This document shows positions 26,882 through 40,958 of a DNA stretch of 64,000 nucleotides, piece after piece. Under the pieces are notes generated by a model. It was given only the letters and a program-made list of their open reading frames with translations, was not told the origin of the DNA and searched no databases. The stretch is from Lama guanicoe. Its lineage: Eukaryota. The stretch lies in assembly GCA_013239625.1 (NCBI GenBank), contig MU054001.1, forward strand, positions 1,491,884 through 1,555,883. The letters run 5' to 3'. The translations under genes were made by a program, and so were the position numbers. Every line of letters starts with the position of its first letter. The stretch's first letter is position 1.

Positions 26882-29734
26882 TAAATGGTTCTGCAAGATT
26901 TTTTTAAACGTTACTGGATTCAGCAACTTTCACAGGCAGTCAAATGAGTGACTCCTGCTATTTCAAAGTTTCAGAGATCGGTGAAGGTAAGCACAACTCC
27001 CACAAGTAGGATGAGGGTTGAAGAATGTGGCCTCGACAGCAGCATCCCGACACTCGTTCCAGGTGCTGATAGCAGCCCAGAGTCCCATCAGACCTAGACC
27101 AAGCTTATTCTCCCTCCTCGGACTATGTGCCTTTTTTCTTAGGTCCTCAGTGACATAGTGACACAGCATTTCATTTTAGCTTTCTTTTGTAAATGAAAGT
27201 GAACGCCTACATACTGAAAGCTCAAATGATTTTAGAAACATTGCTATATGCCGGGGCGGGGAGTGAGCGGGGTATTTTTCTAAATGGAGGGACCGCTCTC
27301 CCCCATGCCTGATGCTGTAAGACAAGGTGCTTCGCTGAAGAGCCTAAGTGCCTTGAGATCATCAGTTTGGAAGATGAGCTAACACAAGCTGGTGCCCTGC
27401 TTTCCTCCCTTCGGCTGAACAAAAGCCAGACATCTTCACTTGATCATATTCATTGTACACTGAACTGTACTCTGCTAGGAGCACCAGTTGCCTCTGGGTC
27501 ATGAAATAATACTAAAAACTTTATAATCATTCATTGATTTCGTTTTCAGCATACTATATCATTTGAATCCAATGGGAGCATAAAGAGCTATTTGTGAGGT
27601 CAACCACGGTACAGACGGATGCTGACATGCTATTGATGGCAAGGTGGAAAGAAATTGCTAAATACAGCAGATCAATACCTCGTTTCACTGTTACAGCCTT
27701 CTGCAGACATAAAATATATACCTTTACAGCTACAAAAATAATAATAATGAAAGTGGGAGATAAATGTTTCCCTCAAGGTAAACTATTTGATTAGCTAAGG
27801 GCAAAGGTGACAGCAGCAGTTACACTAAAGTAACTTTATAGTCTTAAATAAAAACAGGAGGAAGAGCAGTAGATGGAACGGCAAAATGAATCGGGACACA
27901 CAGGCGGGTCAGACATAACTCTTAAAAAACACAGTGATAGGTAAAGGGCCACCAAACTCTAAGATTTTCCTGTGGTCCCCAAATACAATTTCCTGAGATC
28001 TTTTCTTTTTATATGGTTTTACACAAAACATTTCTAAGCAAAATATTTTCAATTGTTGATGGAGGACAAATCAAGAGTTAAAGATAAATAAATGCTCTGT
28101 AAAGTTAAAAAAAAAAAAAAAACCTTCACCTTCCAGTCTATATAAGCTTCTATTTGACTGGAAATGTTGAAAGCCAACCCTATCTTTAGTGTCTTATTAG
28201 ATTCATAAAACAAATTTGTCACATGGTTCTTGGCCAGAGGGCATTTATAATCTCCCTAGGGAAAAGATCATTAGATAAAACACTAATAGTTATAAACAGT
28301 AATAAAACGCTAAATTTAACATGACCAAATGTCACATTTGCATGTAGGGTACCACACCCACACTTACCGTTGTTACCGTATCCTTGGACATAGGAAACAA
28401 TGCCAGTAAGGAAAGAGATGAAAGGAACAATCCTCAAAAGTTTTCATGGAAGAGAGGGGAGTCAGACAATTCCACAGGGATTGGCATATCTAATACAACA
28501 TCATTGCATTAGTTTTTCGTTCTCTGAGATGAAACTTTTTTTGGTAAATCCTCATAGTTTGAGCTTCGAAACAACCAAATAGAATTTGCCATTAATTATT
28601 TGAGATATAAAGTTTCACAGGAATTTTTAAAAGTAGCCTAAAGGGTATCTGTGTTTTTAAAGTTATACCAACTTTTTCTAGCTGCAATGAACTGTTAAAA
28701 AAAAAAAAGAAAAGAGGAGTGGGGGGCACAGGATGGGTACCACACACTCACATGCTCTACCAGAAGCCATGATACCAAAATGTCAGTGGTTATGTGAAGC
28801 CCTTCAGTGAGTACTGTTCTGAAAGGGAATATTTAACAATTACACAGAAAAAGTACTACCATTCTGTATTTGGATGGTGTTCAGCAATTGAAAAGCAACT
28901 GTCAATCTAAGACTGACTTATTAGATGGCACCCATTTCCTCAAAAAACATGTAAAGTCTTAAGGAAAAGAGACAATAATACAGTATTACCCAGCCAAAGC
29001 AATAAACAAAATAAGTTAAAAATAAAAATAAATCTCAGTGCAAGGGAAGCAATGAAATTGTAATGCAACACTAACTGAAAGGGAACGAATAATCATCTAT
29101 TTATTTTTCCTTCAAATAAGAACTTTTTTAAAAAGTTGCTCTCAGACTTATGAAAATCAAAAAGAATCTTTATCTATTTTACCAATTGTTATCAATTTAT
29201 GTAAATTATGCGAGCTTTTCAGTCTGTATTTTGGAAAGAGAGTATGTCTCCAGCTTTCTTCTGCAGAGGAAACAGGATTGTACCAGGTTTATGTCCTCAA
29301 AGGATGCACACCCATTTCACTGTGTGTTGATGTAGCTGTCAAGGTCACCCCAAGTAAACCAGAAGCTTTTTTTTCCACAGTAAACTAGAAATTCCATGGT
29401 TGGGTACAGGGCTCCTAGGTCTTAGTCAATGTAATGATCATTTGAAAAGTGAGTCTCAGAAAGAATTCAATCAACAAATATTTACTGTGTATCTGTCCAC
29501 AAAATTCTGTGGTAGATATTTCAGAGGACACAATATATATGTATATTTATTTTTTTTTTAATAGTTTCTGCTCCAAAAAACTTGATAATTTCTATACTGG
29601 GGAATAGAGCTGGTGGACTGGTAGATAAGACAAGAATACTAAAAGCCTTTTACTTTAAATCATATTCATACCTAAAAAACTTTTTTTAGTTCTTTTACAT
29701 TCCTTTTCTTTTGACAATAACTCTGACAAAGCAG

Positions 29735-29880
29735 AGAGGGAAGCTGATGATTATACCCATTTTACAGATGAGGAAACATCACTGAGTTTGAGGGACTTAT
29801 AGTGGGTAATGAACGCCTAGTAAGTGACAGATGTAAGACCAGAAGTTTAGCCTCCTGACTATCAGTAAAGTGCTTCTTTC
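29735..29880 (-). mobile_element. MIR SINE
   Basis: MIR core CCCATTTTACAGATGAGGAAAC. Confidence 0.6.
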
Positions 29881-30133
29881 AGTATAGCAGCTACCACGGC
29901 TCGTAAAGAGCCACAGAAGTCTACACAACACAATGAAAAGTTTAGGGGTTGGTTAATTCCTATATGAGACGTGCATGTGTGATCAGAGAAGTTGATATTC
30001 ATTCAGGTAACATTATTTAGTGCATATTGTGTTCAAGACTCTACATGCACTGATGTAAAAAGATAAATAAAATGTCTGTATAACTGAGGAGAGAAAAAGA
30101 TTAACAAAGAAATCATTCTAACACTGAATGATA

Positions 30134-30329
30134 TAAACAACAAGTTCATACTATATATAGCATGGGGAACTATATTCAATATCTTGTAGTAACCTACAGT
30201 GAAAAAGAACATGAAAACAAATATATGTATGTTCACATATGACTGAACTATTACACTGTACACCAGAAGTTGACATAACATTATAAACTGACTATACTTC
30301 AATAAAAATACACATATTAAAAAAAAAAA
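30134..30329 (+). mobile_element. 5'-truncated L1 3' end with poly(A) and 14-bp TSD
   Basis: L1 3' UTR motif GGGAACTATATTCAATATCTTGTA, AATAAA and an A-tail. TSD AACACTGAATGATA at 30120-30133 and 30330-30343. Confidence 0.88.
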
Positions 30330-30419
30330 AACACTGAATGATAAGTGCTACAAAAACATGCACAAATTGCTACAGGAACACAGAAAATTATTTTTAAGAT
30401 TTTTGACGTGCTTTCCATA

Positions 30420-33120
30420 TTAAAAAAAATTAAAGTAAATGAACTAAGTATTCATTTCAAGAACTTAGCAAAATAAAAACAAAAGAAGTTTTAAGCAAAG
30501 CAGAAGGAAGGAAACAATAAAGACAGAGGTAGAGATAAATGAATTACCATAAACAAATTCAAGAGCTAGTTTTAAAACAGGCAAATAGAGTCAATTTCTG
30601 ATGAGAATTCATGTATACAGAAAGTTATAATTTAAAAGGAGATATAAAAAGTGAATATGGAATTTTTTATAATGAAACTATGCACAACTCTATCTTAATA
30701 AACCAGAGAATGTTATGTTCAATGCCATGCCAATAAATTTGAAACCTCATTTTCTGAGAAAACACAATAACCAAAATTTACTAAAGAAGAAAACTAAATA
30801 GACCATTAACCAGAGAGACATTGAAAAAAGTTATCCAAAAATTATCTTCCCCAACATCACATAAAGAGTTTTACAAGTTAATTTAGTTCAAACTTCCAGG
30901 GACAAATAATGCTGATGTTCTGTAAATGGCTCTAGAGCACAGAAGGAAGAAAGTGGTGCAATTCATTTTATGACACAGATTTACGTATGTATCAAAACCT
31001 GACAAAACAAAGCACAATAAGGAATATTTCTCAATATTTTTACCCATTTTACCTCCTTCTGTATTAGCCAAAAGAGATTTAAGTTTTATTAACTCTAGTA
31101 TCAATTATGACCTTAACATATATATTAAATATGCCTCACTGAAGATTCTGACATAACCTCTAGGGGTACTACTCTCTAGATTCCTTGGTAATCACTGCTA
31201 CACACCCATCTTACTTTCCTAATTGAAATACAAGAAGGTTGAATTCAGTAGCATGCCAAAAGGCCAATATAATGTGACCAAGTAGGATTTATTGCAAGGA
31301 ACCAATATTAGAAACTGTATTAAAAGATTATACCCTAGCAGTAAAAGAACTAAGGTATTATCATCTAAATAGATGTCAAAAAATTCAATAAAAAGTCAAC
31401 ATCAGTCCTTAGGGGAGAAAAAAAAGTAAACTAAGAATCAAAGATTATTATTGTCAACAACTATCATTATACAAAATACAGGAACCCCAAAGCATCACTA
31501 GCAAAGGCATGACTATCCGCTATCACCACTATTGAGAGGTTGCAGACAACGTAATAACACAAGAGAAAAAAAGGAGAGGAGGGTATAATTACTGAAAGGG
31601 GGGAGACCAAATTATATTCACAAATGATAATTATCTAGTAAACATCTAGAAAACCCAAGAAAATCAACCAAAAAAAGGTTAGAATGACAGGATGCATTCT
31701 ATATGGTAGCTAATTACAGAAATAGCACACAAAAAGAGCTGTCTCACATACCACTTAAAAAACATAATTTAAAATATCCCATTTGCAACGGTAACCAAAA
31801 ATAGTAATACAATATGTAAAATACTCAGAAGTAAATACAAAAGGTAATAAGCAGTATCTAATTGAAAATCACAAAACTTTCTACGGGTCATAAAAGAAAG
31901 CCTAAATAAACATAAAGACAGATAATGCTACTGAACTAGAATATTTATTTTCCATAAATATACAGTTCTTTCCAAATTAAGTAATAAATTTAATGCAGTA
32001 ACAATTAAAATACCAAAGGTTGGTGGAATACACAGGAGACCTCGAAAAAATGATATTTTTAAGTTCTCTGGAAAAAATTTTAAGTTGTCTTCTCAGTGCA
32101 AGAGCCAAGGACCTTCTGAAACAGAGAATCATCATGGGAGCCTTTACTGCCAGATACTGAAAGTCATCATAAAACTCTGGTAATTAAAACGATGTGTCAA
32201 AAGAATTACAGACAAAACAAAAAAAAGAATAAAAAGCAGATCTGAGTATTTTGCCATTCAAACTAGTCAGCAGGGACAACTGGTTAAACATTTGCGAGGA
32301 ATTAGACATCTACCCCATATCCCACACCAACTAAATTCTAGATGCAGTACAAGAATTATATGAAAAAATCAAAATATAAAATAATCAGAAGGACATATAA
32401 GTGACATATTTAAGTGAGAAAAGTCTCTCTATAGATAAAGGAAAACTTCTGAATAACAAAAATACAAAAGTAAAAGGCAGGCAGTAAACAAAGTAGGAAA
32501 AATACTTCCCGCACGTGATTAACAAATAATAATATCCCTCATCTATGACGTATACTTACAAATCAATAAGAAAAGACATACATTAGTAAAATGAACGAAG
32601 GCTAGATGAATAAACATATCACAAAAGAACTATAACTGGCCAATAAACACGGTAGGAGGAAATTCAAGCACATAGTACTTCGTAATTATGAAAATACAAA
32701 TTAGTTCTACAATGAGCTCCTACTCATCTCTTCCAAACTGGCAAATATTTTTATCATATGACAATTCCCAGTGGAGAGGATGTACCAACATGCATCCTCA
32801 TGCACTGCCTGTCAGAGTAGAAACTGGGTGGCAATCTGACAATGCAAACCAAAACTCATTACACATGTTAACCCAACAAGTCACCTTCTTTAAATTTACA
32901 CTATGGAAAATACCACAGATTTGCACAGAGATTTACGTGCAAGGATGGTCACTGAAGCATAATTTATAATAGCAGAGAAAAAAATCTATATGATGAAATA
33001 TTATACTATAATTGTAATAACATGGAAAAATATTCACAATATACTGGATGCTGTATATCCAGTAACTGAAAAAGAGCAGAATACAAAATATGCATATTAT
33101 GGTTCCAATTTTTCTATAAA
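30420..33120 (+). mobile_element. Highly degenerate ancient L1 (ORF2 region to 3' UTR)
   Basis: A-rich strand bias with scattered L1 ORF2 remnants (GACCAAGTAGGATTTATT, CTAGAAAACCCAAGAAAATCAAC, ATCAATAAGAAAAGACA); no intact ORF. Confidence 0.65.
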
Positions 33121-33479
33121 ATACCTTTTGTATAAATATGTATCATAAACATGTTTTAGATAAAATTAAGATCATACTGCATATATTACATATATAATAG
33201 GCATAATAATAATATTCTAAGCAATACACCAATACAGTAAGTAACACAGCGGTTATCTCTGGAGGATTATAGGAGATTTTTTTTTTCCCTGCTTGGTATT
33301 TTTCTGTATTTTTTAACTTTTCTAAAATAACAAATGATGTAATCAGCAACAATATTTTAAATAAAAAATGCTTCACTATCTTATATGCTATACATACTGT
33401 GGTCATACATTTATAAAGTTGCCTCTCATAAGCCACATGTGGAAAATAATTTCATTACCTATAGGTACATCCATAGTAA

Positions 33480-33710
33480 TAATAGCTAATGCTTATATAC
33501 ACTGTACTTAAATACGCCCATCACTATTCTAAATGCTTTACGTATATATTAAATCATTTAATTCTCACGACTATTATTATCCCCATTTTACAGACGAAGA
33601 CTGAGGCTCAGGAAGATTAGGTGACTCACCCAAGACTACTTAGCTAGTAAGGAAAGCTAGGAGAAAAACAAGGCGGCCTGGCCAAAATCCATACTCTCTT
33701 AACCAGGACA
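33480..33710 (-). mobile_element. MIR SINE
   Basis: MIR core ATTATCCCCATTTTACAGACGAAGACTGAGGCTCAG...GTGACTCACCCAAG. Confidence 0.7.
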
Positions 33711-35049
33711 AGCTACAGTCTCTCTTAAACTAAAGTACCAAGACTGACTCACAATCTAATGCCAGCACATAAGCAATCAAATAGCACTACCCTCTTTAAA
33801 GCAGTCTCCATGGGAAACTCTATACATATCCAAAGATGTGGTCACTGATCATAACATTTTTGGAAATCTTTTTGACTGTCCTCAGGGGGCAGTAAACAAG
33901 TCTCCCGTGGGAAAGATGAGATTTCTTTCAAACAGCTGGGAATCATTCAGATGTAGGTCTTAAAGTGTGATTAAACTGCCCAATTCTGCTTTTGGTAACA
34001 CAGCAAGAAAAGTCAATGAGCTGATTTTGCTATTATGCCCATAACTCGTATCTGCTCCCAGGAACTACATTCACAAGTGGATTTTAACATTTACTATGCT
34101 GCATTATTGTAATCAGTCGTGCGCCTGCCTATCTTCCTACCGGACTAAGATCCTCAACAGCAAAGACTGCTATCTTTTTCATCCTTCAGTCTCCAGTCCC
34201 TAACACAATCCCCAGAACAAAAAATGACTAATTAAGTATTTCTGAAGGAACTCTATGAAGAATGCCACACAAATGCTTTGAGCAATAGCAATATATTGGA
34301 ATAAATAAAAATAATGCCAAGAGGGCAACTGAGCCTGTGTACAAATAAATATATAACATATATGGAGACAAGAGGGAATAAAAAATGAAAGTTTTAAGGA
34401 GTAATTCCTAAATTTCTGAATGCTAAGGAGGATAGAACTCAGTTTTTAACAGTTCTTCTAATATAGCAATATCTAGCTAGAGTCATTTCTCACAAAACAC
34501 AAGGTGGGGAGTAGATATGCCTCATTGTCTAAAAAGCAATCTACCGAACCAAGAATGCAGAAATAACCATAAACTTTCTCAGACAACGATGCAAAAACAC
34601 ATCTGCTGCACAGAAGACACCAGGATGCATCCTGCCTACGGGTTCAATCGACGAAGCACAACCTGGCGCCTGAAATATAAATCAAAGGACCTTCCATCCC
34701 TGCTACTTATTGACGTTTGCTACCTGCAAATTTCTAATGTGTGCGAGATGGGTCTATTTTTATTTACAGCACACACCACAGGCTGAATGTAAAACAAGAT
34801 GCTTAATAAATCCAGAAGCACATAAAACACCAGCATAACTCAGACAGCAAGACAGACACTCACTCCTTAATTAAGTGGGTGATGTTCTGTTTAAAACAAA
34901 AAGACAACCCTGGGCTAGAGCTAAGATTAAGCACTCAGTGTTGCAAGGGAAATGCCAACCATTTTCAGGGCAGAGGCTTTAAATCATGAAAAATAAACCA
35001 TCTGATCGTCTGTATTCAATAGTAAGTAGACAGTCGGGACACAGACTGA

Positions 35050-36000
35050 TTTGGATTAACACATTTTCAGTTATAACAAGTAATTTTACAGAGGATTAGT
35101 ATCTTGATGGGCTGATCAATATGAGGCACCGCTGCTATTACAGATGAAAAGAAAATTGCCCCTCTGGTAATAAAGTGTGCGTGTCTTCGTTCCCCTTCAT
35201 TTGCCGAGTCCATTACCGTAATGGTCCCAGCATTAACAGCTGGGGCAATTTAAGCAGCGGGGGTCTGATGAATTTAAAAGCTGGGCACCCTGGCTACCCA
35301 TCCTTTCCTTTCGGGCTGCATATGCAACTCCTCTGCCTGGCTCGTTCCAACGCCAGGATCATGTTTTATGAGAACAATGACTACGATTTCCCAATTATTT
35401 GTCTCATTAATAGTGTTACCAGCCAATAATGTGACTAAAATAAAAATGGCTCGTAGCATACTGGCTGCTGAGTCAGCGAAAAATTGCACACTATTTACTT
35501 AAATAACGAGATTGACATGACGACAGGCTGTAGTCCGCAGAAACTGTACGGTCTGCCTTCATTTGCCTGCTACTATTTTCAAGCATTAAAAAAAAAAAGG
35601 CAGAACGTTCATGCCCATTAAAAAAAAAATTCAGCGGCAAAATTTTCCATCTCTGTTTTCAAAAAACGGCAAACTGGGAAACAGTGAGATAATGGACTGC
35701 AGTACCTAGAAACAGAAAATCCATATTAATGCAGCCTTGAGACTTTAATCATGCCCAATTCAGCAGAGTGGGTTAAGGCAGCCACATCAGCCCATTTTAT
35801 ATTATTACTGGAGAAATGCTGGCCCTTGAGGCACAGCCTTGAATGATCCAGTCGCTAAATGAAGATGCCAAAGGGCCGACTTAAGGCTAATGCAGAAATC
35901 AGAGCTCTGAATTTTCTGATCACAAGCAGTTATGAAAACACACACGCACTGGCAACAAATCTCCGCAGCCCAGATGCAAGATAATTTGGGCCTGCAAACT
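35050..36000. promoter_or_regulatory. Candidate conserved non-coding enhancer
   Basis: Repeat-free, dense in TAAT/ATTA sites, with more retained CpGs than its flanks. Conservation was not tested. Confidence 0.5.
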
Positions 36001-39000
36001 GAGTTTTCTACGTGGTTTCTACCAGCTATAAAAGTCTCAACCGGAACACTTCTCCACAAGGCGGTTCTTTGACAGAAAGGAAGGCACATTGCTTTACAAG
36101 CAGGTCACTTCCAAAACTACAGGGCAAATACCTGATGAGCATGGCAACAGGACAGATGCTTGTAGCATCCATGAAAATGCAAGCCTGTATAGCACCTACT
36201 CAGGGTTCAGCTTTCAAACAGGTGCTGGTCTTGGAGAAAAACACGATGCCAAGGACAAATGCTTGGAGACAAGTTCCTACCGATGCAAATCTCAATCTTC
36301 TGAACACGTCCTGACCCAACCCAACAGTCCTCAAGATTCTTTCCAGCTTACAGTGGAAAATCAACTGGTGAAACAATCTTGTAAGATAATACAAAATCCG
36401 TTTATAACAGAAGGTTAAGTAAATGAGGTTAACAGAACTCTAAATTCAACTTCTCCAACCCGTGCCTTTTTTTTTTTAAGGTTCCAAAAGTACCATCTCA
36501 ACTATAAAGCTTTTTCCTTCTAGAAGTTAGAAAGTCACACTCTAAATATAACTTTAACCAAGAAATCTACCATAATAAGCTGACCCCAACAAAATACACT
36601 AAACCTGGAAGGTAAGCTAGCATTTTAAATTGGAAATAGAACACTAGAAAACAATTCTTGACAGTTGCTAAAGTATGTGTTGAAGAGAAGAGTCTTGTGT
36701 CTCAAAATTAATACCTATATTTACAGTGGATGTTAGTTAATTTGAAATCCATAAATATTTAACCATTTTCCATTATTTCATTTAGGTTCTGGTTCCATCT
36801 CTCACTACTAGAAAACCTAACAGCCAATAACAAGTGATACTCTTGGGAATCCATTCATCCATTTGATAAATATTTATGGAATATCTACCATGTGCCTGGT
36901 ACCATGTTAAGTCCTAGTGGTAGAATAGTGATAACAAAACTAAAAGGACACAGTCTCAAACTTTCTTGATGCATACAGTCTAAATGCCAAAACCTGTATT
37001 GCTAAACTCACCAACAACAAATCCAATCAACAGTCAGGGAGCCAGTATGATAATTATTAAGGGTCACGTGTAACATGTATCAGATGCTGGAGACTCTCAA
37101 CCATTCAATCTTTCAAGAGATACCTACAAATTTCTTTCCTGTGCAAGGCCCTCCAGCAGGTACACTGGAAAGACAGAAGGATGAATTAGACAGCAATGCT
37201 GTCATCAAAAAAACTAATGGTTGCTTCAAGTGTCTAAGACTTTTATCCAATGGCAAATTTAGTTTCCAAAACTAACACTAAGATGGTTAAGAAACAGACC
37301 TGGATACACCTGAAACTATCACTACACTGTAAATCAACTATATGTCAGTTAAAAAAAAAAGGAAAGAAAGAAAAAGAAACAGATCTGGAAATACTGGCAA
37401 TAATAGAAAGTAAGAAGAATTCAATGGTTTAACTTGTTAATTTTCAAGGAAGGTACTTATAGCAGTTTGGAAGCTATGAGCAAATAAACTAGCCCTTCTC
37501 TATCTAAAGAAGGCAATCAAAACTACTAAATAATGATTAAAGGCTGACCTCAACACTGGAAGAGAGATCAAGCAAAAAGATAAAGATGGATTTGCGGGGA
37601 AAATACACACAGTAGAGTTTGTCAGGTGAAGTTTTAATTTTTTAAGTCCCCTGGTCATTGGCCCACCACCAAGAATGACCTACATTTAGTTTCTTAAATT
37701 ACCTTCAGATATACTAGAGAAATAATCCAGGAGGCTCATGATGCAGACAGGGGCCAAAAGAACCTTCTCAGAACTTCACTAAAGTGCCAAACTGCAAAAA
37801 ATAAAATAAACTGAGGTAAAGAGAACCAGTGGGGACATACATAAATAACAAACTTCCTTTTATTGAGTTATTTTATTTATAACTCATTAGCTCTTATAAC
37901 TTAAAGTTTAGTGTGTTAAATGATAGTAAGACAATTGCTGCCAAAAACAGAAAACTTTTTAAATGATTTTTGAAACAACAGGTTTATCTCTTCTGGATAT
38001 ATTCCTTCACTGATAAAAATGTACACTTCTTAAACAAAATTATTATGTTCCTATTAAGTATATAACCCTCTCAGTAATAAATTTAAACTGTATCCATTTT
38101 CAATAATTTTAAAAAAGATGATGCAATTCAAGCCAGCCTAAGAACCTTTGAAGCTAGCTTGGAATTCAATATCCACATCTTTTCATTCCAGGACTGAAGA
38201 ACAGTTCTAATATTTATGAACAACCCCTAAAGGAGTTACAGGTTGGGCCTATATAAGAGAGTGGCCTTGTTCTTAGGAATTACATACTGAAGTGTCTGGG
38301 GATAAAGACAATTGATGTCTCCAATTTACTCTGTAATAGTTCATAAAAATTAATAATAGCTTGTGTATATAAATAAGGGAAGAGAGGGCAAGAGCTATAA
38401 AACAAATGTAGCAAGATGTTAATACGTCTTTAATCTGGATGATAGGCAGTAATGGCTTTTTATTCTATTCTTGCAGCTCTTCTACAAATTTTAAATCATT
38501 CCAAAAATTAAATTATGTCATCTTAAAAAAAATAAAGCATGGGCGCAGCCCTATGTCAGCAAAGGATTCTTTGGGCAACCAAACTCCATCAAGGCCATAG
38601 CTATTCTGTCCCCGGCACAGCGGCCAAACTTAATCAGCTATTCTCAACTCCATTTCTCCACTGGCTGGAGAAACTGAGGCACAGGATGCCAACTCTCCGT
38701 TCAGAAAGCAAAAAAATTTGAGAGGCCAAGGTTCTAACTCAACCTATTCCACTACATGCCTTATTAAAAATTTTTCATTTTAAAAATGCATAAATACACT
38801 TTGGTACCCACTTATGTTTTAACACAAATTAAGTAACACAAATGAAAAGCTATTTACTCCAACCGTTTTATTCAACCTCCAGACTTGGAAACTGTATAAA
38901 AGTCTATGACATAAGCAATCACAAGAAGAATATATAATCTAAGTTATATCAAAGAGAAAAGGAAAACCAAAAGCAATTACCCATTATGGGGATAACAAAG

Positions 39001-39525
39001 TTTAATTTAAAAGGCAAACAAGAAATCTTTGTAACCTTGGAATAGGCAAAGACTTCATAGATATGAAACAAAAAGTATGAATCATAAAAAGAAATACCAA
39101 TAATTTGGACCTTTATCAAAATTAGATACTTTTGTTCTTCAAAGGAGCAGTAAGTAAATGAAAAGAATGAGACACAGTACTCACAATACATATCGCTGAC
39201 AAAGGACTTTTATCTAGAAAATATAAAGAACTCATAATATTTAACATTATGAGCACAAATAACCCAACAAAAAGGAAAATGGACAGAAGATTTGAACAGA
39301 TACTTCACAAGAGAAGATCTATACCTGGTCAATAAACACATGAGAAGAAGCTCAGCATCATTAGACATTAGGGAAATAAAAGTCAAAACCAAAATGAGAC
39401 ACCACTTCACACCCGCTAGGATACACAATCAAAAAGATAGACAATAATAACAAGTGATGAAAAGATGGGAAGAAACTGGAACCCTCAAACATGAGTATTA
39501 AATGGTGCGTCCACATTGGAAACAA

Positions 39526-39880
39526 TGTCTTAGTCCATGTAAGCTGCTATAACGAAATACTATAGATTAGGTGGCTTATAAACAGCAGAAATTTATTGCT
39601 CACGGTCTGGAGGCTGGAAGTCTGAGGTCTGGGTGCCAGCACCATCAGGCTCCGGTGAGGCCCTCTTCCGGGTGCAGACTCCCAACGTATTGTTGTATCC
39701 TCACTTGGCAGAAGGGGTGGGGAGCTCTCTCAGGCCTCTTTTATAAGGGGACTAATTCCATTCCTAACTACTTAATCACTTCCAAAAGGCTCTACCTCCC
39801 AAGACTATGACCTTGGGGTTTAGAATTTCAACATAAGAATTTGAAGGTGGGGGATGGTCACAAACACTCAGACCATAATA
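39526..39880 (-). mobile_element. MaLR LTR (MLT1A-like) nested in L1
   Basis: TGTCTTAGTCC...GCTGCTATAAC...AGAAATTTATTGCTCAC...GGAGGCTGGAAGTC; near-match 5-bp TSD AACAA/AACAG. Confidence 0.8.
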
Positions 39881-40503
39881 AACAGTGCAGCAGTTTCTTA
39901 AAATGTTAAACAGAGATTTACCATATGACCCAGCAATTCCACTCCTAGATCTCTACTTAAAAGAAATTTTTAAATATATACTTATAAAAAGTAGAACACA
40001 AATATTCATAGCAGCATTATTCATAATAGCCAAATAGTGGAAATAACCCAAATATCTATCAACTGGTGAATGAATTAAACAAAATGTGGTACATTCTCAT
40101 CTGAAATATGTGTAGTTTACTGCACAGAAATTATACCGCAATAAAGTTGTTTTAAAAAAATTTTTTTAAAAAACCCATGAAACTAATAAAGAAAATAAAA
40201 ACCAATGCCTAGAATTTGAAAACAAAATGGAAAAAAAAAATTGGTACATTCAGACATGGGAATACTATTTTGTAATAAAAAAGAACAAAGTACTGATACA
40301 TGCTACAACCCGGAAAAAGCTTTTAAAAGAGATACTCATCCACATTAGTCATCACTGAAATACAAATTAAAACCACAATGAGATACTGCTACATGTCCAC
40401 TAAAACTTAATGGCTAAAATTTAAAAGATGGACAATAACAAGTATTGGTGAGAATATGGAGCAACTAGAAGTCTCATACACAGCTGATGAAAATGTAAAG
40501 TAG

Positions 40504-40958
40504 TATAGTGGGTTTGAATGGTACCTTCAAAAAGATATATCCAAGTCTTAAACACTGGTGCCTATAAATGTCATCTTACTTGGGAAAAGGGTCTTTGCCA
40601 ATGTAATTAAGCTAAGGATCATGAAATTAAGATCATCCTAGATTTAGGGTAGGCCCTCAATGCAATGACTGGTGTCCTTAGAAGAGGAAAGAGAGAGAGC
40701 TGTAAGACACAGAAACATAGAGAAGGCAGCCAAGGAAAGAAAGGAGCAGAGGCTGAAGTTATAAAGCCCAAGGCAAGGAATGCCAAGAGTCACCCAAAGT
40801 GGGAAGAGGCAAGGAAGGACACTTCCTAGAGCGTTCACAGGCCCTGTCAATACCTGGATTTCAGACTCATTTCTAGAACTATGAGGGAATAAATTTGCCT
40901 TGTTTTAAGACATCAAGTTTGTGGCAACTTGTGGCAGCAGCCCTAGAAAACTAATACA
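40504..40958 (+). mobile_element. MaLR LTR (MLT1C/D-like) nested in L1
   Basis: AGGGTCTTTGCCAATGTAATTAAG...ATGACTGGTGTCCTTA...GAATAAATTT...GAAAACTAATACA. Confidence 0.8.
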
